A stretch of 15,068 nt of DNA, taken from NCBI RefSeq assembly GCF_000143415.4, contig NW_003314264.1, forward strand, positions 4,325,432-4,340,499, in the 5' to 3' direction. Position numbers and translations under genes: made by a program. Positions 1 to 9,196 of the stretch are shown here, in pieces. Under the pieces are notes generated by a model. The model saw nothing but the letters and a program-made list of their open reading frames with translations, ran no database searches and was not told the origin of the DNA. The DNA is from Selaginella moellendorffii. Its lineage: Eukaryota > Plantae > Lycopodiophyta. Position 1 is the first letter of the stretch; every line of letters begins with the position of its first letter.

Positions 1-2
1 AA

Positions 3-721
3 AGTATAGTGGCCGGGATTAGACAGCATATTGCCTTCTGGAAGAGGGGGTTGGTGTTTGGTGGAGAATCCTATTTTCAGAGGTGCAAGCCTTTGCTCGA
101 ATACTGGGAGAAGATTATATCTGCTATCCAAAATGGGTTGGTTGTATATGAAGAATTGGAAGAGTCTTTTTGGCCAGAACCCAGAACACCAGATAGTAGC
201 GGAACAATGTCCTCTGGAAATGCAGTGACAGATAACGATGTTGAGGATCACTATTGTGGGCTGAGGAACAAGAAGCCGGATTCAGCATTCAATCCAGTAC
301 AGATCTGCAAAGGAATGGTCATGCTTGTCAGACCCAGTAATAAAAAACAAATGATATGGGTGGGGCGCTGCATCACTAATGCAGAGGAGGATGTGGAAAC
401 TAACTCCTTCAATGTAACTGTGGAGTGGGTCAAGCCAAGTTCCGGATATACGAAGGATTGCCTAGAAAAGAGATGGGTGCTGAATCCAAGGGATCCCAGC
501 ATGAGCATATCGGTGGATAATGTTGTGCATGGTTGGATGCGGAAGCAGGGTGCCACCATCACCTTGCCAGACCATGCAAGAGATGCAGCAAGAGCATTCA
601 TAACCCGGGTTCAAGGTGAGATCCATTAATATTCCTTTACTAAGTTTCTAATGTATTTTATTTCAAGGTGAACAATCCGAATCTGAATCAGAGGAGGCAT
701 GTGGCCTTACGCCATTCCTAG
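3..721 (+). CDS. 3' part of a multi-exon gene of unknown function, probably DNA-transposon-associated (exons <3-615 and 668-721, possibly 788-889)
   Basis: The frame is open from the window edge. The donor CAAG|GTGAGA at 616 and acceptor TTTCAAG at 667 define a 52-nt intron. Exon 668-721 continues in frame (GEQSESESEEACGLTPFLG). A second intron, 722-787, runs GTGAGA...TTCAAG. The next exon has a stop or frameshift. The TE association is inferred only from surrounding repeats; the product is not recognised. Confidence 0.45.
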
Positions 722-1711
722 GTGAGATGATACAAATAACAAGTATAAATTCTTAGTTGTTCTAGCAAATCTTACTTAAAGTTCAAGGTGAACAAGCCGA
801 ATATGAATTCATCGGATTGTTATAACAAATTGCGAGGTGATGGCATGAGGCGATACGCCATTTGAGAGTGGTAGCCATTCCTATATGAGGTGAGTGAAAT
901 ATTTATTAGAAATACCTCATTCAATTGTGCACTTCTAAGTCTTGGTCCACTTAGTACTGTTTGCATGTTTCTATTTTAATTCTTTCTCTAAAATGTTATT
1001 TAGCATGTGGCTTCATGCCATTGCTCTCCACAATCATGCATTGAATTTTTCTATCCTTGCATAATACTTCTCCATATATATAGCATGTGCGCACATGTGA
1101 TATGGTTCATTAAGCCTGATATAGTGTGTGAGGTAAAACAAAGATGATGTGACATATGCATTTACCAATCACACGTGCATAAATCTAATAATATGGCGTG
1201 TGGCCCATATTAATGGCACATAAACCCATATTGTGGGCTTACGTGCTTTATGTACCATCATTCCCTTGCAGCGTGTGTGTTGGTTTCCTTTTATAACACA
1301 ACGAACTCCATATTTTAGGGTGAAGAGCATTCTCATGGCAAGCACAAAATCTGTAAGTGAGGCAGAAAAGGAGACGGAGAAGGAGATAGGTGAAGATGTA
1401 GAATATATAAGTCTTCCAAACTCCCCGTACTATACTCCAGGTGATCATTTTTCTGAACAAACGGCAACATTAACAACTATCGAGAACGCCCCAGTAACGT
1501 CAGAGACAACAATCCAAAGCAAAACAACTGACCCGGAGAAGGATGATAGTACCGCTGAGAGTACCAAAAAGGAAGTGTCCACTAGCGCTTAGGCTTATAA
1601 TGGCGTGTGCCCTCATGCCATTTACTTGATCACCAAATACCTTTTTCCCTTTGCACTAGTATATCTTAATACCGGTCTGAGAAATAGAATGGCATGTGCC
1701 CTCAGGCCTTT
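696..1711. repeat. Dispersed ~24-bp imperfect palindrome, consensus AATGGCRTG-N6-YAYGCCATT (5 full copies, 1 partial)
   Basis: Copies at 696-716, 840-862, 1001-1022, 1193-1205 (partial), 1599-1622 and 1688-1711. Confidence 0.7.
1319..1592 (+). CDS. Possible low-complexity E/T/S/K-rich terminal exon or short ORF
   Basis: TTTTAG acceptor-like site at about 1318. Open frame MASTKSVSEAEKETEKE...STSA to the stop at 1590-1592. No recognisable domain. Confidence 0.25.
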
Positions 1712-1890
1712 TACTAAATCACCTTTGAAAGAAATGCAAGCCTCTATGTCGTAAAAAAAAGGTACTAGAGAAATTCCTTAATAATATGAATGTTATTTAG
1801 TTTCATGAAAATACACTAAGGGTCAAATGAGTTAAATGACTTCTCCAGACTAGCAATGCCTCTTGCTACACCTTCACAATTAGATTCGTA

Positions 1891-1990
1891 NNNNNNNNNN
1901 NNNNNNNNNNNNNNNNNNNNNNNNNNNNNNNNNNNNNNNNNNNNNNNNNNNNNNNNNNNNNNNNNNNNNNNNNNNNNNNNNNNNNNNNNN
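1891..1990. other. Assembly gap (100 N)
   Basis: Run of N. Confidence 1.
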
Positions 1991-4433
1991 AAGAAAAAAA
2001 AAGGGAGAACGACGGCAGTTGCAGCTGCATTGCTGCAGTGTCGACTACTAGGAGTGATTCCCCATTTCACCGGTGTTGGATATGGTGGGATTTGACGTGA
2101 TCTTCGGGATGGATTGGTTCAATCAGTTCATGGTAGCTCTGCATGGACAAAGTAGAAACCTTGTGGTACTAGCGAATGCCCAAGGAAGAAGATCCAGGGT
2201 GGAAGCCCAGGATCTAAAGGTAAGACAATGCAAGGCCAAAGATTCGTGCTTAAACCTGGTGTCCACAAGAGGACAACTCACTAAAGGGACCGAGGCTGCA
2301 TTTTTGTGCTTACTCTCGGTGAGGAGTGACAAAAAGATAGGAATGGAAGAAGTAACTTTTGTGATCCAGCGGGTGTTGAACCAATTCCGGGATACCATGC
2401 CAGAGGAGCTACCGGCGGGGTTGCCCCCCACACGACCGATAGAACATAAGATTGAGCTGGTCAAGGGTGCTGAGGCGGTGGTTCATCCCCCCTATCGTTT
2501 GAACAAAAAAGAACTTGCAGATCTCAAGCGCCAACTAAAGAAGTTGGTGGACAAAGGGTATGTTAGGTTGAGCAAGTTGCCCTATAGGGCACTGGTGCTA
2601 TTTGTGAAAAAGAAAGATGGATCTATGCGCATGTGCATAGACTACCGGTTGCTCAACAAATATACAAAGAAGAACAAGTACCCTTTGCCAAGGATTGAGG
2701 ACCTGTTTGATAGGTTGGGAAAGGCAAAATACTTCTCGAGGATTGACCTAAGGTCAAGATACTACCAGATCAGGGTAGCAGAGGAAGATGTCGAGAAGAC
2801 AACCTATCAAACGAGGTATGGGAGCTTCGAGTTTCTGGTGATGCCCTTCGGGCTATGCAATGCGCTGGCAACGTTTTCGGCGTTGATGAACCATATCTTT
2901 GTACCCTATCTGGATCACTTTGTGGTCGTCTATATTGACGACATCCTGATCTATAGTGAAATGCTAGAGGAGCATGCCAAACACTTGACGAAGGTGTTTG
3001 AGAAACTAAGGGAACACCAGCTGTATGCTAAAGAGAGCAAATGTGACTTTGCTCAACAAGAGGTAAAGTTTCTCGGGCATGTGGTGGGCAAGGACGGGCT
3101 CAAGGTGGACCCTGAGAAGGTCCAAGCGATCTAGGATTGGGAGCGACCATCAAATGTACATGAGTTAAGGGCATTCCTGGGGCTATGCAACTACTATCGA
3201 AAGTTTATCAAACACTATTCGAGAGTAGCCTTGCCCTTAACGGACCAAATGGGAAAAGGGAAGATGGTATAGACAGCGGAATGCAAGGCGGCATTCGTCC
3301 ACCTCAAGGGGAAGTTGAGGAAGGCTCCCATGTTGGCGTTACCAGACTTTGGTAAGGACTTTGAGGTAAAAACAGATGCTTCAGACTTTGCGTTGGGTGC
3401 AGTTTTGAAGCAAGACAACCATCCAGTAGCGTTCTTCTCGAAGAAGTTGGACAAGGCTCAACAAAAGTGGCCTGCCCATAGGAAGGAATTGTTTGCGGTG
3501 GTCAAGGCGCTCGACACTACCTTGGGAGACACTTCAAGGTTTACACGGACAATGTGGCAACGAAACACTTCTTGTCACAGCCCGACTTGAGGGGAAAACA
3601 AGGTCGGTGGGCCAATGCTTTTGCCGAGTTTGATTGCGAGATTCTGTACAAGCTTGGGAAGAGCAACATCGTGGCAAATGCACTAAGTCAAAAAGCGAGC
3701 TTGAAGTTAGCGATATCTAGCACGACAACAACCTTTTGGGATGATGTGCGGACCGCATACGAGAACGATGGTCTATCACAAGAAGTGTTGCTGAGGAATC
3801 TAGAGGCACGGGAAGCTCATCAAAGAGGTGAGTTGCCAATGGAAGAGAAAACAGGCTATACGGAACACAACAGACTCATATATTACAAGCAAACGAGGGT
3901 GTATGTTCCAGAAGGGGAACTAAGGAAGGTAGCCTTAGAAGAGTGTCATGACGGACCTCTTGCGAGACACGGCGGAGTGCCCAAGACAATGGGCTTACTC
4001 AAGAGGAAGTACCATTGGCCAGATATGGACAAGGATGTTCAAGACTATGTAAAGACATGTCCAACATGTCAGCAAGTCAAAGCCGTGACTAAGGCTAGTG
4101 GGGGCTTGTTACAAAGCATCCCAATTCCAGATCGTCCGTGGAAATGCCCTACGATGGACTTCATCACGGGACTTCCCCCAAGCGAGGGGTTCGATGCGAT
4201 ATTTGTGGTGGTGGATCAATTTTCAAAGATGGCACATTTCATACCCACCACAACAGAAGTGGATGTGGAAGGTGTGGCAAAGCTGTTCTTCGAACAAGTG
4301 GTTCGAGTGCGGGGAAGGCCGGAAGAGATTATCTCAGATCGAGATAAGATCTTCACCAGTAGGTTCTAGAGGACACTCCTAGAACAGTATCGCACCAAGT
4401 TGAAATTCAACACAGCCTATCACCCACAGACAG

Positions 4434-4480
4434 GTAATGGGTATTAAGTCAAGTTTGATGGCACTAACACTTCTTGACAA
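4434..4480 (+). other. 47-nt spliceosomal-type intron in the integrase core (acceptor decayed CAG>CAA)
   Basis: ACAG|GTAATG...CACTAAC (branch point 4464-4468) ACTTCTTGACAA|ATGGA. Removing it restores YHPQT-D-GQMERVN and the exact D,D(35)E spacing. Confidence 0.8.
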
Positions 4481-4898
4481 ATGGACAAATGGAAAGGGTG
4501 AATAGGCAGCCAAAGGATTATTTGTGATGCTATGTCTCAGGAGACCAGACCGATTGGGTTAGTCATTTGGGACTTGCGAAAATGTGTTATAACAACTCAC
4601 CACATTCGAGCATCGGGGTGAGTCCATGGGAAGCCATCAATGGGCGAGCTATTGAAGGTCCTGTGGAACTCGGCGTGGCCGAGTATCATGGAGAGTTACC
4701 CGCAATAGAGGCATTCACGGCGGAAAGACTCAACATTTGGAATCTAGTGAGGGATTCCTTGGAACGGGCTCAACAAAGGCAAACTAAGTACGCGAACCAG
4801 AAGCGCCGGGATGTAGAGTTCCAAGCTGGGGAGAAGGTGTGGCTGAACACCAAAAACCTCAGGCTACCAAGTGGGATCAGCTGGAAGTTGACCCAAAG

Positions 4899-4950
4899 GT
4901 AAAAATGCATGTATTTCTGTAAATGAATTGATCTTGAGTTCCTTAAGCAG
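4899..4950 (+). other. 52-nt GT-AG intron in the integrase C-terminal GPY/F region
   Basis: CAAAG|GTAAAA...TTCCTTAAGCAG|GTTCGCG, AT-rich. Removing it restores KLTQ-R-FAGPYEI and joins ORFs 4567-4902 and 4928-5179 in frame. Confidence 0.88.
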
Positions 4951-5297
4951 GTTCGCGGGGCCTTACGAGATTGAGGCTCGAATCGGTAAAGTGGCTTACC
5001 GTCTCCGACTTCCTCGAAAGATGGGGAAGATGCACCCCGTATTCCACCTGAGCTTACTCAAGTTGTATTTTGAGGATCCGCTTCGCAAGGACCAAGTAAG
5101 ACCTTTACCTGAGGTTATCCAAGGGGAAGAGGAATACGAAGTCGAGGCCATCCTCAATGCGCGCAAGAGCAAGCGATAAGGACGCAAGGTGAGAGAGTTC
5201 CATGTGAAGTGGAAAGGATTTCCACACTGCGAAGCAACATGGGAACCGGAGGAGAACCTAGCGAACGCACGAGATCTAGTGGAGGAATTTCTGCAAG

Positions 5298-5347
5298 GCA
5301 GAACTCTATGTACTTATACAAAATTTAATTAAAAGTATCATTTTAAG
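5298..5347 (+). other. Candidate 50-nt GC-AG intron after the chromodomain
   Basis: AT-rich island CAAG|GCAGAA...ATTTTAAG|AA. Removal extends the frame EEFLQ-E-VEKWHMLGPEGAPK to a consensus donor AAG|GTAAGC at 5392. The GC donor is weak. Confidence 0.35.
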
Positions 5348-5394
5348 AAGTTGAGAAATGGCATATGTTGGGACCCGAAGGCGCGCCGAAGGTA

Positions 5395-5767
5395 AGCTAA
5401 TTAGCATGGGTTAGCTAGGTCGACCAGGCGTAGGTAACTATGCCTGACTCCCTGCGGGGATGTCGAATCCGTAGATGTATTCTACGGAGGTTGGGTTCGA
5501 GTCCCAACCCCCTAGTAAAGCAAGGTTGGGTTTAAGTCCCAACCCCATACTAGGGCGTGGTGAGGTGAGGAATATAAGGACATCTATATTCCGTTGTCAT
5601 GGGCTCTTGGCCGGGGAGGCTAACTTAGGCACACCGCTAAGGGGGGATGCCCCCGAAGACATGGTCAACAAGCCTTAGGATAAAAAAGAGACGTTCGATG
5701 TGGGCATCGAACTTCTTCTATGGGTGGTGGAGTTGTAAGGAACCAACTCGCCAAGGTGTCGTAGGCT
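5395..5767 (+). ncRNA. Highly structured cis-acting RNA region in the retrotransposon 3' region
   Basis: About 13-15 nearly contiguous helices identified by eye, e.g. CAGGCGTAG-GTAA-CTATGCCTG 5425-5446, TCCGTAGA/TCTACGGA 5468-5488, GGTTGGG/CCCAACC 5489-5509 and 5524-5544, CCCTAGTA/TACTAGGG 5510-5555, GGAATATA/TATATTCC 5569-5592, GTTCGATG/CATCGAAC 5693-5712. Confidence 0.6.
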
Positions 5768-5817
5768 AAAGGATCCCCAAAAGCATGACCAAAATGACAA
5801 AGAGTTCATCGGATGGG

Positions 5818-6099
5818 ACCGAGTCGAAGATCGAGTCCAAGACCGACTCTAAGACCGAGTTCGAGATAGAGTCCGGGATCGAGTCCGAGGCCGAATCGGA
5901 GACCGAGTTCGAGACCGAGTTTGAGACCAAGTTCGAGACAGAGTCCGAGATCCAAATCAGGTCCAAGATCGAGTCTGAGGTCGAGTCCAAAGTCGAGTCT
6001 AAGATCGGGTCCGAGATCGAGTCTGAGATCGAGTCCAAGACCGAGTCCGAAGTCGGGTCCAAGATCAAGTCCGAGATTGAGTCCGAGACCGAGTCCGAG
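5818..6099 (+). repeat. 12-bp minisatellite, consensus GAGTCCGAGA(T/C)C, about 23 decayed units
   Basis: Direct reading of the tandem units. It explains overlapping low-complexity ORFs 5785-6105 (ESEI/ESKT), 5921-6172 (SPRS) and 5766-6068 (DSIS, minus strand). Confidence 0.92.
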
Positions 6100-6144
6100 T
6101 ACTAATACGGGTCAAGGGGTGAAAGCCCAAAGCATGCGTCTCCC

Positions 6145-6166
6145 AAGGGGGGGGGGGGGGGGGGGG
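6145..6166 (+). other. Polypurine tract (AA followed by G20)
   Basis: Preceded by GGGTGAAAGCCCAAAGCATG and followed by GGGTTCCAAAAGTATAGTAGGGATAGTG, the same context as the PPT/LTR junction at 8786-8860. Confidence 0.8.
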
Positions 6167-6168
6167 CT

Positions 6169-6902
6169 TTAAAGGGTTCCAAAAGTATAGTAGGGATAGT
6201 GAGGTCTAGGAACCAGTTTTGAAAGAACTCTCCAGTAGGGCTTCCAAATTGACTTGAGGTTGGGATTGGGACCGAGGGGCCTTGGGTGGGANNNNNNNNN
6301 NNNNNNNNNNNNNNNNNNNNNNNNNNNNNNNNNNNNNNNNNNNNNNNNNNNNNNNNNNNNNNNNNNNNNNNNNNNNNNNNNNNNNNNNNNNAAGGGAAAC
6401 CGACTACGATGCTCCCGGCTCATGTGGAGTGGTGCCCCACTTGAGTACCATGCGGCTCATTGGTCCTCGCCCTTCCTAGGGGCTTGAACCTTCCCTTCGG
6501 GATGGAAGTGGGGGGGTAGAGGTACCCATACCGGGCCGTTAGGCCACGGCGTTTCGCCCCGGCGTCCCGAAGCAAGTGTTGCACCCAAGACTTGGGATTT
6601 AGAGGGTCCCATGATCAAGTCTTGTGGTACCAAGGGGTGTTAAGAACCTGGAAGCTTGGTGTGCTTGGCTGCTTGTGCTTGTGGGGAGTGTAGCTGAACC
6701 TTAGGTTCAGTCTAACCTGGGGAGGGGGATTGAGAGAGATTTGGGAATTTGTGGATGGATGGCTAACACTCCGTTGCTCGTGCAGTGAGTAGCTGAAACC
6801 AAGTAGGACCAAGTAAGAGCTGGTACCATAGGCGGGAACCTTGGCGAGGGAACTTAGCAAAAGCCAAGGCAGTGTTGGGCGGATAGACGAGGTAAGCTGG
6901 CA
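6169..6902 (+). repeat. 3' LTR of the chromovirus (interrupted by a gap; 5' TG decayed)
   Basis: Follows the PPT. The first ~30 bp match the LTR start at 8833-8861. Ends TGGCA like the 8829-9196 LTR, with an abrupt switch to AT-rich DNA after 6902. Bases 6730-6888 recur at 14909-15068. Continuity across the gap is assumed. Confidence 0.6.
6292..6391. other. Assembly gap (100 N)
   Basis: Run of N. Confidence 1.
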
Positions 6903-8430
6903 AATTGGAAAGGAAAAATTTGTGGCTTACATATTGTGGGTTATACAATGATTTCTTCTTTAGCATTGAAGTTAGTTCAAATAAGACTCATGATCATTAT
7001 TAGGCAAAACTTGGCTATAGGCTTCTTCGAGATTTTGGTTCTTTGAGTTTTTATGCTCATTGTTCCATTTGTTAAAAGTTGTTGGGGAAGGCATTTTGGC
7101 TTGTTAGCTTCGACGTTGAAATTGGCTTTTGCATCTAACAATCATTAGTGATGATTGACTATCGTCTAGGATAGTTGATTATCCTTATCAAAAGATTTGT
7201 TTGGTTGTTAATGTAGAATGATGTGCCATTCTTCAGAATGGTGGATTCTTTCTTCAACAATGACTATACATCGCTCTTTTGATGGGAGGATTGATGATCT
7301 TTCATGATGGTTAATTGTTCTCTTTTATAGCTTATGGCTTTTCGTAATACCACATATTCTTTATGGTTTACTTTGGATTTGTCTCTTGTGTTTGAGATAT
7401 CGATAAGATGTTACTAACACTTGCTTAAGCAACTTTGTTTCCTTAGTATTATTGATCAAGATCTATCTAGATTGGCTAGTGTGATAGTTGGCATGAATGA
7501 ATGTTTGTTAGTTTTGCAACATTCATTTTATTCTGTTAATTGTTGCTTGAGTTAGTTCTAATAGATTTGGATGTTATTTCCTTCGAGTAATACATTCGCG
7601 AGCATTTTGCTTGCCAGTCAATGATACTTGTGTTCCTTGAGATGTTTTTGGTAAGTTGTTTGGTATACTATCTACAATCTTTGGTAGTTAAGTTTTTTCA
7701 TTGAGTTTACTTGATGATGTACTTGCTATTGAATGTTGTTGGATAATGACTCATGTCTTTATCAATTATGATGATCTTGGTGGTTTCTATACTATACTTC
7801 TAGTTTATCGGATGATAACTTACTTGGAATACTTTTGTGTTCTAATCTAAGATTTATTCATTGATAATTAAGACTCTAATATATGACTTTGATATTATCC
7901 ATGTATTGATCTTTCATTTGGGCGTTTGGGCCAGTATAGACAAACTGGCTTCGACACTTCGTGTGCATGGTGAAATCTCTAATCATGGGGTAGCTATTGT
8001 CGACTGGTCACATCACCTACCTCTCTATCAATGTTCTTTATTCCATTAAAAGGGCGTGACCGTGTAAACAATTCTAACTGCCTGTTTACAATAATCTATC
8101 TAAACTTTACTGATGGGTTTGGTTTCTTTGCTCATGAGAGTTGGGGCCTCTAACTTCTCTCTCTATGTCCCCGTGGGCAGAGGTATATCACACTTTTTCT
8201 AGAGTTGTTTCTTTGGCAGTATTTTAGACTAGAGTATGCATTGACGAAGATGTCAATCTTCCCTAGGGGGGAGAGAGTGTTGCAAATATGACTTCAGGTA
8301 TCAAAAGTTCCCTGTCGGTCAGTCCTTATAGACACTCTTTCCTTACTGCCACGATGACAGAAGATCGGTATTGTTGGACCCTTTATCAATCCCTCTTGTT
8401 CAAGTGTTAGTAAACTGAACTTTGCATCTA
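6903..8430 (+). mobile_element. Strongly decayed T-rich region, probably the 3' region of another LTR element ending in a PPT (8265-8277) and an LTR start TGTTGC (8278)
   Basis: AGGGGGGAGAGAG is immediately followed by TGTTG. The upstream DNA is strand-skewed with no recoverable ORF, and the LTR end is unclear. Confidence 0.35.
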
Positions 8431-8749
8431 TATGAGCATAAGGATGGAATTCCTAAGTGTCTATTTAGCCAAGCATACTTGGTCCAGCTTTTTAGTTCTC
8501 TTTGGCTCTGTTTTGCATTGGCTTGACAAGAACCCTCATATATTGAGACTAGTCCCTCAATATCACTGGATGATAGCTTATTGTGTCTGCCAAACACCCT
8601 CGCTATTATGCCCTTTATATTAGTCTCATTTTGGTCCCAAATGCTATTTATGGAAAGTGTCTAGATTTGCTCATTTGGCACAATGGTGTTCATCCTGTGT
8701 TTAAATTCGCAATCTAAGGACATTCCATATTTAGTAAGTTTTGAACTTG

Positions 8750-9196
8750 TCCCAGAGACTAACTCTTGGTACTAAAGGAGGCTTAGGGTGAAAGCCCAAA
8801 GCATGTGTTCCTCAAGGGGGGGGGGATATGGGGGGTTCCAAATATATAGTAGGGATAGTGGGTAATTTGGGCATGGTTGACCAACATAAAGCATAGTTTA
8901 GCTTTTGCTTGCATGCCTGTCCTTGTTTTGCGTTTGGCTTGGGTCTAAGCCCAAGTTCCATTCCATGCTAATTGGTGGAATACCCATATCCTTGCATTAT
9001 GCCACCAGTATGCTGAAATAGCACCAAACTCCATTTGGCTTCGTTTTGTATGCTGGTTCTAGCATAGGGATGTTGGATACTCTAGAACTGTTCCAAGTCA
9101 TTTCATGCTCTTATCCCTTCACTCCTTAGGTTGTATGCTTAGAAGTCGTTCCATACAATGCCATTGCTCCTTGGTTCCATGTTTGGAAGTTTGGCA
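8750..9196 (+). mobile_element. 3' end of a related LTR retrotransposon: PPT (8814-8826) plus a 368-bp LTR (8829-9196, TG...CA)
   Basis: AAGGGGGGGGGGATA|TGGGGGGTTCC...GTTTGGCA. The pre-PPT motif is shared with 6098-6146, and a second copy of the LTR lies at 9801-10168. Confidence 0.8.

Larger units (their letters stand above)
2073..5332 (+). pseudogene. pol: pol polyprotein: protease tail, reverse transcriptase, RNase H, integrase, chromodomain
   Basis: Protease tail [11 protein letters not shown] motifs [15 protein letters not shown] and YIDD (2931-2942). RNase H motifs TDASDFALGAVL and ELFAVV. Integrase HHCC (CHDGPLARHGG...CPTC) with D4157, D4337, E4492 and a GPY motif at about 4958. Chromodomain YEVEAIL...VKWKGF...TWEPEENL (5135-5293). 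In-frame stops at 3132, 4367, 4525 and 5177, and a small deletion/frameshift at about 3511. Confidence 0.95.
2055..6902 (+). mobile_element. Ty3/gypsy chromovirus LTR retrotransposon (Galadriel/Tcn1-like), 5'-truncated, decayed, intron-containing
   Basis: Domain order PR-RT-RH-IN-chromodomain, a poly-G PPT at 6145-6166 and a following LTR ending in ...CTGGCA at 6902 (spans a gap). The lineage is inferred from the group I chromodomain and motifs such as [21 protein letters not shown]. Confidence 0.85.

Noticed and set aside
1816-2095. ORFs spanning the N gap (also 6169-6487)
   Set aside because: Artefacts of translating through N runs.
4434-4950. Programmed frameshifts or random indels explaining the integrase frame changes
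   Set aside because: Both are ~50-nt non-coding insertions with splice signals that excise precisely, and no target duplications are visible.
5366-5400. TGTTGGGACC as the start of the 3' LTR directly after the chromodomain
   Set aside because: There is no convincing PPT upstream. A clear PPT/LTR junction, corroborated by a related element, lies at 6145-6200.
5420-5466. Hammerhead ribozyme (retrozyme) in the 3-way junction
   Set aside because: No CUGANGA / GAAA core on either strand.
5455-5515. tRNA gene or tRNA-derived SINE
   Set aside because: Only a T-arm/B-box-like hairpin is present, with no D-arm/A-box, 7-bp acceptor stem or tail.
5818-6099. CRISPR-like array
   Set aside because: Contiguous 12-bp tandem units without unique spacers, in a eukaryotic context.
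8650-8720. GVHPVF as an integrase C-terminal relic
   Set aside because: The match is too short and flanking residues do not support it.
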